Assembly (NCBI RefSeq): GCF_026210795.1
Contig: NC_089432.1
Span: 1,860,001 to 1,924,000 of the forward strand
Direction of reading: 5' to 3'
DNA: 64,000 bases
Source of the DNA: Rhizophagus irregularis
Lineage: Eukaryota
Shown: in pieces, positions 39,569-53,100 of the stretch
Layout: each line of letters opens with the position of its first letter
Numbering within the stretch: position 1 is the first letter of the stretch
Made by a program: the position numbers and the translations under genes
Notes under the pieces: model-generated
The model's database searches: none
Told to the model about the DNA's origin: nothing
Seen by the model: only the letters and a program-made list of their open reading frames with translations

Positions 39569-42500
39569 TCAATTTTTCTCGTTTATGCTTCTTGGTCTAT
39601 ATGTTCCTTCTCTCAATTGTTTATGATACTTAGGATTCTCATTTATCATTTGTCCAATTGTTATATTCGCTCTACAATTTTTCACGTCTCCCACAATGTC
39701 GTAAGGTGGTATTCCATCAGTTAATCTCGGTCCATACTCTCTGGGTTTTGTTGGTCCTCCTGCTTCTCTCCATTTTCTTAGTCCCTCTGTTGGGTCGTAA
39801 TAATCTTGCCTTTTATTACTCCATTTCATTTTTCTTGGTCCTATCGGTCTATCCCAATTCTGTTCAGTTCGTTCAGGTGTATACCTTGGTGTTGTTGTAC
39901 CACTTGGTATTTCCCTATCATCCATTCTATTTCCCGCTTCTCTTAATTCTTCTTGTAAATTTCCTTCTTCATTATTATTTTTATATCCCACTACTGGATT
40001 CGTCCTTCTTGTTTGTCTTCTTGTCTTTACTGCGTTATCTTTTGCGTATAATTCATTATGATAATTTAATTCCCTATCTTCATAATCATCATAATAACCT
40101 TGTGTATAATACATTTCACCGTATTGTGGTTCCTCATCTTCATATCCATTATAATCATATTCTTCTTGGTCATCATATTCGTCCATCATATTCACTCCTA
40201 CATTCCTTCTTTTCTCTGGACACTCTCTTGAATAATGACCAGCTCTACCACATGTATAGCATGTCGGTACTCTTTTTTGGAATGACTGATTTCTTTGAAT
40301 TGGTTGATTTCTTTGCATTGGTTGGTTTCTTTGCATTGGTTGGTTTCTTTGTGGCAATCGCCTATAGCTCTGACTCACTAAATTTCTTAATCTTTCATTC
40401 TCATCTTCTAACATCTTAATTTGTAACTTCGCAAAACTGTCTGCTAATTCATCTACACTTACCTCTTTATTATTCCTTACATTCCCTTGAACAATAGGTT
40501 CTTGTCTTCTTTGTTCATCATTAATTCCTTTTGGTCGTAATTTATCTGTTAATGCTTCTAAACCTCTTTCTACGTTCTTTGCTATCTGAAATGCTGCATT
40601 TAAATCTGCTGGATTTCCTATTACTACGTCTTTAGTAAAGTCCGGTTTTAATCCTCTATTAAAAATTCTCTTTTGCTGATTTGCTGCTACTGCTGCATCA
40701 CCTTCCGCTCTCTTTAACATATACTTAAATCTCGTAAGGTATTGAGTTACATTCTCGTCTCCCTGTCTAATCTTTTCTAATTGTTCTAGCCATCTATCTT
40801 TAATTTCATCACTTGCATACTTTCCAATTATTCTTACTCTTAATCTTAAATTATGATCTCCATTAACATTCCAATCGACAATATTTACTCCTTCAGTCTT
40901 TAACCAATCTGCTGCTCCTCCCATTAATTTCGCTTTTGCTATTCTAAATCTCTGTGCATCATCATTCCCTAAACCATTCGCTGTAAATGTCTCCTCAAAT
41001 TTATCTGCCCACTCTTCTGGATCTTCTCCACTGGTACCATAAAATGCTGGTATTTCTACAATAGCTCCTCTATTTGCGTTTAAATTTCCTATCGCATTAG
41101 TATTCGCTTGAACTTCTCCTTATAATCCTGTCAATGTTACTGGTGGTAATACTAAATTGTTCCAATCTGCCCCAATATCATGATTATACATAGTATTCAT
41201 TAATGCTCTTAGATCTGCTCTGAGTTCATCTCTTGATGCTGCCATTGTTATCTTTGGTTTTATTGGTGGTACTGGTGTTATTGGTATTATAGGTACTTCC
41301 TTTGATTTTTTATTTTTCTCTTTACTTTTTGGTTTTTTACTTGAGCCAATTTCGGGTCTTTTTATATCCTCTTCCATTTCATCTTCATCATCTGTTGGAT
41401 TTTCTTTTTCAATATCTTTTTCACATTCTATGCAGGTTTCTTTTCCAATTTCAAATTCTTTCTTTAATCTTTCAATTTCACATCTTCCGCATTCTTTTGT
41501 GTTTTCAACTCTCCATTGTAATATTTGTTCATCTAATTTTTCATCTTCAAGATTCCATATTGTTAAATATTTCTTCATAAATTCATATGTTGTTATTATC
41601 TTTGTGGTTACTCCAAATTTTCTTATTCTTTCAATTTCCGTTATTTCTACATCATATCCCATTCTTTTCAAATCCATTCTAATTATTTCTTCGAATATCT
41701 TTGTTGTTTCTGTTTCTTCAACATTATTAGATTCAATAGATTCATCAGATTCCTCATCTGACATTTCTTCATTTTTACTAATTGGTAAATTTTCTTCCTC
41801 CCCATCGTCTGTTTCTGTTATAGTATAACTTCTTGGTGTGTCATCACTATCTGTTTCATCTATATTTAATTGCTCAAATCCCCTAATCTTATCATAAACT
41901 TTTCAGTTATTTCTTTGCTAATTCCCCAACCATGTTCACGAACTTTTATGTGCATTGTGTGCAACATTAATCTAATCTTTTGTTTGAACGCTTCTATCTT
42001 TTCTGTTGACTCGTCTTCTTTTAATTCAGCTTCTTCATATAATATATTTTTGTACCTTCTAATAGTGCTATCTTTACATTCTACAAAATCTGTTATAGCT
42101 TCTTTATACCATTCATAAAATTCCCCAAATCTTATATTCACGTCCCAATCTTCCAAAATATAACCATATCTTATTAATTCTTCATTCCCTATCAATCTGT
42201 CCATTGTTTTATCTTCTTTATCATTTTCTATACAATCTCTCACGATCACTATTATTATTATCTTTAATCCTTTTTCTCTTAATACCGGTTGTTTCAAGTA
42301 TCTTATCGATTCGACCATTACATCTAATGCATCTCTAGTTCTTCCTTTTGTATAATTATTTCTTTCTTCACTATCTATACTCAGTAAATTTAATAACGCT
42401 CTTATAGTTTCTGCATTATAATCTTTTATCGTATATTCAAATTTTTGCAATATTTTCCAAAATTTCTTGAAAACTTCTGGTGTATCTCTTATTGGATAAC

Positions 42501-42618
42501 ATATTTCACATGTTATATTTTCTCCTCTTAATTCGTCTATATCTACATTTCCGATATTTTCGTCATGTCTTAATTTGTGGTTCTCGTAATCAACCCTCCA
42601 AGTTTCATACCATTCCAT
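39569..42618 (-). CDS. Gag with long N-terminal extension (~1000 codons reconstructed; one frameshift ~41880, one TAA at 41120)
   Basis: Zn knuckle CYTCGRAGHYSREC and capsid start IPAFYGTSGEDPEEW. 41120-41764 is in frame with 39569-40924 across a single TAA. 41866-42618 joins through a 1-nt shift. Confidence 0.8.
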
Positions 42619-42914
42619 CGTTGTAATCGTTCATCCAGAATCTTAACTAAAATCTTACCTTCTTTTATATATATATATTTCACTCTCATCGTTTCTATTT
42701 TCAATCTTCTATGTTTCTATTTTCAATCTTCTAAACATTCTTTTATCTTTAAATAGATTGCTCCTTTCAATCTTTAAATTCCATCTTTCAGTTTTATATA
42801 TTTACTACTCCATATTCTATTATTAATTTTTACTGCGCCTTAAAATTTCAAAAAAATTTTCTAAGTCCACAATCTCCTCAGACTGCGGAGGTTTTTACTG
42901 CGCCACCAAGCTTA

Positions 42915-43345
42915 TCTTTTATCACCGATATCCATAATTTCACATGTCACCTCTTTTTGTCACTGTGATTCATAATTTCACTTATCACATCTTTTTGTCA
43001 CCAAGATCCATAATTTCACATATCACATCTTTTTGTCACCAAGATCCATAATTTCACATATCACATCTTTTTGTCACCAAGATCCATAATTTCACATATC
43101 ACAAACTCCAAAATTTTCATAACTTTTAGAGTTTGCGGATTTCCAATCTTTCTTATCGTCCACATAAATCCTTCTTACTATATATTCTATATTATATAAA
43201 TTAATCTATAATACGCAAAATGTCGTTCTTTTCAGATAAATGTCCTTCTTTTCAAATAAATGTTCTTTTTCAGATAAATATTCTTTTTCAAATAAATGTT
43301 CTTCTTTTAAATAAATGTTCTTCTTTTAAATAAACGTCCTTCTTT
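42915..43345. repeat. Tandem repeats in the retroelement 5' leader (38-bp x ~5; ~20-bp x ~6)
   Basis: TTTTGTCACCAAGATCCATAATTTCACATATCACATCT with period 38. AAATAAATGTTCTTCTTTT units at 43230-43345. Confidence 0.85.
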
Positions 43346-44295
43346 TCGGATTTTACTCTATTATTAAATACTGCACGTAATGTTCATTATACGGCTCGTT
43401 AATGTGTAAATATCCTTCTATTTTATCTTCTTTTAACGGAACATTGTAATGAGAGCGTGACCTAGCACACTACACCAGGAACCCTCATCTGAAATGTAGC
43501 CTAGGACCTGTAACAATACAACGTATCCATTTTTCCTCCTTCGTTGGCCGACTTGTCTCTTAACGGGTGAATCTAACCTTCCAAAATCCAGTTTCAAAAG
43601 TCATCAGCTATCCATAAAACTCATCTAAACCAACTTATCTTTCCTCAAATTGGTGGACCTATACTGGGCTTATCTCTATCTTTTCCCCATTGGGTAAAAG
43701 CATAATAGTTTACAGGTTTGTCCCATTTTATCCATTCAATATTTCTTGATAGTAGGTGTCTTTACAATTTTCATTCCCCGTCCCCAAAGCAATTTGCGCA
43801 TTATTGAGCTGGGTATCCAGATTTGACGTAACCCATACGTTATAATCCTTAATATTGAAGAATAAAAATTTTCCAATCTCGAGCATTTATCCAAAATTCA
43901 AACTCAGAGGTAACCCATACCACACAGATGAACCCCGGATAATACATTGGTGTTCTCCCATTATTAATCTTTATTCCAAAACTCATCTTTCACTTCCACA
44001 TCTCCTTATGAAATTTCTCAGGTACTTTATTCCCGAAAGAAATATTCTTGTGCTTTCTATCAATTAGGTGATTACTTGCACAACAACAAACTTCAATCTT
44101 TCACCTTTTCAAGTTTTTAACTCAATTAAATCCTTATTGATTTATTGGTTCCTTTTGAACTCGTTAAAACCTGAAATCTAAAAATAAATTCTAAAATAAA
44201 ATATTGATTAATAATACCTATCAGTGACTTACTAACGAAATTAAATTTTCATATTCATTATAATAATAATCATGTGATGATGATCATTTCCTTTC

Positions 44296-44311
44296 TTGCG
44301 AGCATGCACCA
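44296..44311 (-). other. Primer-binding site
   Basis: TGGTGCATGCTCGCAA starts 2 nt after the 5' LTR. TGG is complementary to the tRNA CCA end. Confidence 0.75.
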
Positions 44312-44313
44312 TA

Positions 44314-45426
44314 TGAGATCCCCCAATTCCCTCTGTCATCAATTTACAGAGTTGCCACATCGAACGGGCATTCCCATGGTCGAACGAACGAATAAACGAA
44401 CAAACGAATAAATGAACGAACGAATAAATGAACGAACGAACAATTAAACGAACAAGCAAATAATCGACGGCATAATTAACAAATAATATAATCAACGCAC
44501 AACAACAATATACAACAACATTCTTGGTTTACAACATAAATAGCGTTAGTAATATAAAACATCAAGCGATATAAAATAAAATTTAACTTCTCTAAATTTT
44601 CCCCAAATTATATCCACTTTTACCTTTAATTTCAAACTTCGATAGCTCTCGCTACGAATTGTTACTTTCCAAAAGTGTATATTTAATTCACCTTAAAATT
44701 TCCATTTATTCAATTAAAATTAATTAAACAAACATTAATTAAAGTTTAGGGCGAACCTATTACCTTTAATTAACATTAAACTTTACTAACAAATAATTAA
44801 AAAATAAAACTTATATTTTTATTGAGTTCTGTGGATGAGAACTGTGGAATTATTTTGAATTCTGTTCTCTTTTTATACAAATTTTATGCTACTTTCTATT
44901 CTATCTATATACTATCTTTTATGTTCTTTTTACATATTATCTTTGAACTATCTTTCTAATATACTATCTATATTTTAAATACACTATCTTTTAATATGCT
45001 ATCTTTTATATATATATATATTATCTTTTATAACATCTTTGTATTATCTTTTTATATTATCTTTTATATTATTTTATGTTCTTTAATCTTTTCGACATTA
45101 TTTTATATGTTCTTTCAATCTGCTTCATGTGTTTTGCTTATAATCTATCTTTTGTGGCTTATAATTATTCTTTCTAATCGTTCTTATTGTTAAAGATTGC
45201 TAAGCCGCAATTGATCGACTCTATTTATCCTATTGGTTCCTTGTCAATCATTTGATAAATATTACATCATGTAGATCATTACTCTTCCTAAATGTTTATC
45301 CTTTTCGGCTAATTATTTATCCATCTACGCCAATTCATAATCAATTTGTTCGTTCTTAATATTTGGCAATTACATTTGGTGATTGAATTTTATCATCTTT
45401 TCATGCTTGATATTCGACCGTTTACA
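44314..45426 (-). repeat. 5' LTR (1113 bp)
   Basis: Direct repeat of 34478-35587. Confidence 0.95.
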
Positions 45427-45952
45427 GCATAATAGAGAGAAAATTCTTTGTGTTTTTTTTTTAGTAAAAATAGATGAGTATAGTAGAATAGATAGGTATA
45501 AATGATTTTTGGAATCTTTTCTTAATAACAATAGATTAGGATAATACAATAGATAGATATAAAAAAATTTCCTGTGATTTTTTTAATAATAGATCGGTAT
45601 AGTATATATAATAGATAGATATAATAAAGAAATTTTCTGAATTTTTTTTTCTACTTTTGATCGTGATTTTTGATCAGTTACACTAAAAATTATGACCAAT
45701 AAATTTAACTGTAAGATGACCAACTGACCGTTCAACGTGAACCACTAAAAACGTAGATCGTTTTGATCAAATAGATAATACTGACAGAAATAAACAAAAA
45801 CAACAAACTACTAATTAATTGGTTGGTTAATAGTTTATCACAATCAATCAATCATCTGCTCAAAATTGAACTTTAATCGCAAATTTTGGTTAGTTTTTAG
45901 TTTTTGTGATCAAAATGCCAATCAATTAATTCTGGAGTAGACTAGAGTCAAT

Positions 45953-46684
45953 TAGTGCTCCTAACAGATCAGATCAGACCAGATTTTACTTAGATTCAAT
46001 CTGATCTGAAATTAATTAAATCTGATCTGATCTGATCTGATCTGATTCGAATCTGATTAAATCTGATCTGATCTGAATCTGATCTGAATCTAATCTGAAT
46101 CTGATCTGAATCTGGTCTGAATCTGAATAAATATGTTATAAATTCTAAAGTTATAATTTGTAATTCCAGTCAAATTCAAAATTCTGAAATTTCAGCCAAA
46201 ATGCCAAAATTAAATATGTAATTCGGCCAGAATTATGCACTTAACTCTGGCAGGAATTATTGAATTTCCCAAAAAGGAAATTTAGGTTACATAAAATGCC
46301 AAATTTGTTCCTATAAAAATCGATTTTTGTGGAATGGCTATCGCCAAAAAAGGAAATGATCGACATATCAGTTTTGGCTGGAGTTTAAAATTATGAATTA
46401 ATTCCAGCCGGCATTATGAATTCGGCTGAAATTATTAGTAAAATCAAATCTGAGATCTGAATCAAATCTGTCAGATCCAATCTGATCAGATTCAGATTTT
46501 AAATAAGTCTAATCTGAATCTGATCTGATCTGATCTGATCTGATCTGAAATTAATCTGATTTATTCAGATCAAATTTTTTTGATCTGAATCTGAACTGCA
46601 GATTAAATTTATCTGATCTGATCTGAATCTGACAGATCAGATTCAGATTAAATCTGATCAGATCAGATTTTTTTCGGAGCACTA
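45953..46684. mobile_element. hAT MITE with (GATCT)n subterminal repeats
   Basis: TAGTGCTCC ... GGAGCACTA with a perfect 8-bp TSD GAGTCAAT. Confidence 0.9.
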
Positions 46685-47123
46685 GAGTCAATAGATCAAT
46701 ATAGTATAATGGATACAAAAAAAATTTCTGGGATTTTTTTTATACAATAGATCAGTATGGTATAAAAAAGAATTTTCTGGAATTTTTTAATATAATAGGT
46801 TGGTAAATAAAAAATAGTTTGGTAAAATAAGTTTTCTATCAGAATATAATAGATGGAAAATTCTTTGTTCTGATATTTTTTTTATTAACAATACTGTAAC
46901 AATAAGTATAAAAAAATTTTGGAATCATTTTTTAATAACAATGGATCAGTATAATACAATAGATAGATATAAAAAAATTTTCTGGGGTTTTTTTTAATAA
47001 CAATAGATCAGTATAGTACAATATATAGATATAGAATTTTCTGTAATTTTTTTTTATTTAATAACAATAGATATGATAAAAGTTTTGGTAATTTTTTTTT
47101 TAATACCAGTAAGACAATAAATA

Positions 47124-50100
47124 CAGTCAACTCTCGATATACCGAAGTCGCCGTTCAAGACTAAAACTTCGGTATATAGTGATCTTCGGTATATCAAATT
47201 TTTTTATATACCGAAGTTTATATAATTTTTTTAGAAAACTTTGTTATATTAAGATTAAAATCATGTGACTTTATTTAGCTTGAAGATAAGAATGTCGAAA
47301 AGCCTGTGTAATGTATCTAGCTTTAATCGTAGAATTATTTTAATAAATTTGTTGATCGTACTAACCATGAAATTCAATATATGGTTAGTTTGATGCCCAA
47401 ATATAGCTTAAACTTTTCCAGCATTTTAATATTATACTTGAAGCTTGAAGCTTGAAGCATATACTTAAGTGTAGGCTTAAACATAAGCTTCAAGCTTCAA
47501 GCTTCAAGTATTGATCTGCAGTTAGCTTCTCTACGGATGGCAGGTTAATATATATATTTTTTTTAAAAAAAAAAATTAAAAAAAAATGATGATCATGTAT
47601 GTAATCATGTATGTAACAAAATGGTAAAAATGATACTGTAACAGATAAGCGTAATTATTTATTAATAATTTATTTACTATGATAAAAAAAAAGTACTATA
47701 AAAGTTATCGAAAAATAAAATATTACCATAAAATAAGATCATAAATAAATATCACAAATAAATAATTATTTTTTTCTTTTTTTCCTAATTAAAAAAAAAA
47801 TGTTATCTATTCTTTTACCATTACCGGTTAAATAAATGGAAGATTTGGTAAATGTCAATCATTATGTAATCAAGTTTTCCCATTCAAAGTTAAAAAAATT
47901 CGGACAAATGTTATAGTATCTATAAATAAATAAATGATTTTTTTTTTACAAATATATAATAATTACATCAAAATATTTGATCATAAAAAAAAAAATGATT
48001 CTTATTTATTTATGAAGAAATTAGAGCTCCGAATGGGTCAGGTCAGGTCAGGTTATATCAGGTTGTCTGTTTGACCTGACCTGACCTGAAACCTGAAAAA
48101 TTTCAGGACTATTTTTATTAAAGTATTGAAAAAAAATGGTACAAAACTTTTTTTTTAATATAATATTATGAAAAAAAACGTTTTTGCAACGTTTTTTATT
48201 AAAATATTGAAAAAAAATATTGCAAAACGTTTTTTTTAATATAACATTATGAAAAAAATGTTTTCACAACGTTATTATTGAAATATCAAAAAAAAAATGT
48301 TACGAAACATTTTTTTAATATAATATTATGAAAAAACGTTTTCGCAACATTTTTTCTCGAAATATTGCGATTCAACATTTTTATATTAAAATCATATAAA
48401 AAAGTGAATCCCAATACTGCAATTCACTTTTTTATATTGATTTTGTATAAAAAAAGTGAGTTGCGGTATTGCGATTCACTTTTTTATATAAATTCTATAT
48501 AAAAAAAGTGAGTTGCGGTATTGCGATTCACTTTTTTATTTACCGCAACTCACTTTTTTTATATAGAATCTATATAAAAAAGTGAATCGCAATACTGCAA
48601 CTCACTTTTATTATATAAAATCAATATAAAAAAGTGAATCGCAATACTGCAACTCACTTTTATTATATAGTAGAATCAATAGTTTCAGGTCAACAGGTCA
48701 ATCAGGTCAGGTCAATCTTCATATCTGACCTGAATTTTTTTTAAAAATCTCATACCTGACCTGAATTTCAGGTCAGGTCAGGTCAGGTTACCTGAATTTG
48801 GCTGACCTGTTCGGAGCTCTAGAAGAAATATTGACTTCATTTTTTAATTTAATAACACTCATAAAAAAAAATATTTAATAAATATCTCTTTTTTTTGAAA
48901 AAAAAGAAAAAAAGAAAAAAAAATCATTTAAGAAAAATATTAGTAAAAAAAAGATCTATTCCTTACATAAAAATAAATAAATACTACGCCAGCAAAACTC
49001 ACTTTAATTTGTGTAATTCGTTCAATTATTGAATGAGAAAGTAATAATTTTATTATAAAAGAAACTATTAGAAGATAATACTTCCTTTTTTCCAAAAAAT
49101 CCATCAGTTTCAAAATGGATTCCCGATTTTACATCTGGTGATGTAGTTACTTTGCAGAAACTTCAATTTTTATCCAATGTCATTTAGATGTTTAAATAGA
49201 ATCGGGACGGTACTGTGCCAATTGAATTCATGAGTAAGTTAACATTAAGTAATGGAAAAAATTACGATATACTGCCATATCCGTTACTATGCATGGTAAA
49301 TTATTTTAAATGTATTGCAGATATATCGCTATAATTATTGTAAAAATATCATAACAATATATTTAAATTAACTAAACTATGTTGTTAAATAACATTAAAG
49401 TAGTGTATATATATATTTTTTAATTGATAAACGTATTCTTTGTTTAGTAAATGAAGTAGAACATATTACTCAATAAATACAAAAAATACATTGAAATTTA
49501 GGCAAACATAGTTTACACTAAATCTCTCCATATCAAAATCTCCGTATGTAAAATGAAGTAAAGACTAACATAACCAGATCGCTATTCTAATGACTAAACT
49601 AAATCTAAAACTCATCTAATTCTAAAAAAAATTACTATATACGTTATCCTAAAATTATAATATATTTTTTTTCTACTTTTCTATTATTATCTGCTGTTTT
49701 TAGTTTTCTAAAATTATCTATCTAAACTTTCCACCTCCTCTTGTTTAGGTCGTCTTAACTGAATGCGATGTCATTAAACTTGATGATGGCTCGCTCACTC
49801 CATCAAATTGAATCTTGAGGTGACGTTCTTACCATTTGTCTGACGTACATTTTCTTTTAATTCTCCATATTTGTCTATATTCTATAAAATCATCTTATTT
49901 TTTCAATTGTAATCCATTTCCAGTTGTTTCTGTCCTAACTGACTTTTCTAACGCTACCAACAAATCAAACTCATTGTTAAAATATAATAATATAAATCTC
50001 ATCTTGCTACCTTTAATAACTTTCCAAAAAAAGGCTCCATATTTGCTGATGTGTTCTTTAATAACTATACTATCTTTAACTAAACTTTCAACCTCTAATT

Positions 50101-53100
50101 TCATACTTGTTTGCCAGCGAAATTTGTCTTTAACTTGGTGATATGTTAATCTTGAATCAAACATCCTAAAAAAATAATTACGTTCACCCTTTGTTATCGC
50201 CACCACTTTTATATATTTTTTCATAAGCATTGCTAAAATGCAGCATGTGCTTTAACTGTCTTATACTTATAACATTGTTTGACTCTCATATATTCTATAA
50301 ACCCTACATTTTTATTCAATTGATTATAAATTTCCATATCATTCCAATAATATGGAATATTATAAAATGTAACTTCTCAGCAAAATTCTTATCCAGAAAA
50401 TCTTTATCGTGATTACTGATCACTCCAAGCTTTACCTTACTGATCATCCATTTTTTTGATCTGTGCACGCGCACGCTTCCATTTTTTGCTTACATTAAAG
50501 TAGTATATATTTCTTATACAATTATTATTTGATATATTGTGAGATGTTATGTAGGAATCGTTACAATCATGAATAAAACTAAATTTATTACAGATAATGG
50601 AAAAATACATCACCATCAATCAGTATTTGCTCGTAACCTATTATATATTAGACAGCCCAGTTAAATTACAAAAAAGAAAGGAGAAATTTAATAGCCACCT
50701 TTTGGGAATTTTTCGTCACAAATTTTTTTGGTCAGCGCAGCAAAAATTTAGCACGCGGCTAGATTCAGCAAGGATTGATGAGAAGTGAGGTGATTTACTG
50801 TGGGACTAAATTGACAGCCATATCCGCAGCAAAATCACGTGGTCTGTGTAAAAGTAATGATAGAACCTTATTCTCAAGTCTCGTGTTCGCACAAAAAAAA
50901 ATTTTTGAGAAAAAAGTAAAAGGTTTCTTGATGGATCTCCTATGGATTTTTGAGAAATTGGGCTGGACAAGGGTACCGCCAAACTAACTGAGCTGCTATA
51001 TTGAATGACTTGCTTTATGCTTCACGTTCAACTGGGGTTATGGCTAGTTTAGTTTCTTGGGAATACATACTAATATTTTGTTTTGTAGGTTGTGGGTACT
51101 TGGTGTCAGAAAAGAGGTGTTCCTATTCTTTTTTCCAAATAAGTGATAGACTTAGCTTCTTTGTTTAGGTTAGGGTACATTTCCGTATAATGGTATACAC
51201 ACGTTGTTGCTTGGGATTAGATAGGTTAGGATATATCAATAAGGGTAAATTACTCAGTTTCTAGGTTTTGTAGAAGGGCACAGTAGGTATGGGCGTACCA
51301 TTGCACGCATAGTGAAAGCTGTGGAAATTCCCTAGATAGTTGATGAGGAGTAGGAAGAACAGAAATTGAGTAATTTGGGAAAGTGTTTAGGATTAGGTTT
51401 AGTGATGTTTTATTAGGATAGATCAGTTTGTTATAGGGTCATATCATGTTAGCATGAGTTCCTCTATGTATTTCTGCAAATTAAATAGGTTCTATTAGCC
51501 ACCTCCATTTTCAGAAAGAATTGGCAAAACCTAAAAAAAAAAAACCAAAAAATAAACTGTTAATAAGTTTATTAAAATAAATTATTAGAAAAAAAAATTA
51601 AAATTACTTACCAAAATCCAAAGATCTGAGAGAACATCCTAAAAAAACATAAACGAATTGTTAGTAGAAACTACTATTTGTTAAAAGGGGAAAAAAATTG
51701 AAAACATACACTTACTGAAACCAAATATCCAGAGAAATCTGAAAGAACAATCTAAAAAAAGAAAAATAAACGAACAGGTAGTAACCATTCATTAAGCTAA
51801 AAATAAAAAATAAAAATTCACTTGCTAAATTCCCACGTTCAAAGAGACTCAAAAAAATCACCTAAAAAAGAAGAAAACGAACTGAACTGTTAATATTAGT
51901 TTGTTAAAACATCAAAGAAAAAAAAATGAAAAATATATTTTACCGAAATCTGATTTCTCAAAACTTTCCATATCCAGAAGAAAATGGAACATACAAAGAA
52001 ATAAGAAAAGTTTTCTCAAAAGAAGAAAAAAAATTTCTTTGCAAAACTTACCATATCAAATTAAACCCAAAAAGGAAAAGCTTATTTTTAGTTTAAATAG
52101 TTTAAATAAATAACTGTGGGTGCGGCTGCGGCTGTGGTTATATTAATATTGTATCACGTGATTTATGTGATATATAATTTATAATTTATATAAATAGGAG
52201 GCTTTCTCCGAAATTCAAATTTTTTTTTAATCTTTAATTGATATGTATATATGTGCTTATATACAGTATACACACATATATATATCTAATATAAATAATG
52301 ATATGTATCAGAAAGTCATTTACAATACATTATACTAAATATAATGAAGGAGTTTGGTATCATTAGATCTGGTAAAAACATTTCCTTGAAAGATAGAACG
52401 AATAAACCATATACTTTAATTAATTAATTAACTCATTTATTCTTTATGAGCTCTGCATAATATTTTTTTAAATCATTTCATCTCTTTTTTAAAAAAGTGT
52501 TTAAAGCTAAACTTTAACAAGATTAGACAGGAACCACTAGTAAGAAGCTTAAAATTTTTGGATGATTTCTGATGAATATTTGTTCTTTAGATAGAGCTAG
52601 ACGTGTAAAATTTTGTTGGTATATCGATCATATCTCTTATATTATTTGGCTGTGATTTTTCCGGGATCATCTTTATGAGTTGGAGTCTTGGAGATGTGAA
52701 CTATCGTGCAAATCAATTTCACCTGATGTCATGTGATTATAAACAAAAATGAAAGTATTTATTTTTTTATTTTAATTTGATGAATGTTTAAATTGCTCAA
52801 TTATTTTTATTTTTTCTTTTTAGGGATTCTTTGAAGTACCTTAATTATACCTTTCATTAGCAATGCAAACATTCCGGATTTATTATTAGTATAATCAGAC
52901 TTGAAGTTAGTGGTCATAAGCTATCTCACCAGCTGGCAAAGTGTATGAAATTTCTTTTAATTCACTTGCTAAAGTCATCTTTAGTGTAGGTCTAGTAATA
53001 CATTGCCTTAATTGAGCGTGGCTACAAAGTTTATGATTCCACTAGCAATTGACCTATAGTCACATGATAGTCACATGCTAGAAGTGTTTTAGTTGCTAAA

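Larger units (their letters stand above)
34478..45426 (-). mobile_element. Full-length Ty3/Gypsy LTR retrotransposon (non-chromoviral), 10.9 kb
   Basis: TG...CA LTRs, 4-bp TSD GCAT (34474-34477 and 45427-45430), PBS, PPT, and gag-PR-RT-RH-IN order. Confidence 0.97.

Noticed and set aside
36523..42118. Many plus-strand hydrophobic ORFs
   Set aside because: Antisense shadows of the A-rich gag/pol strand.
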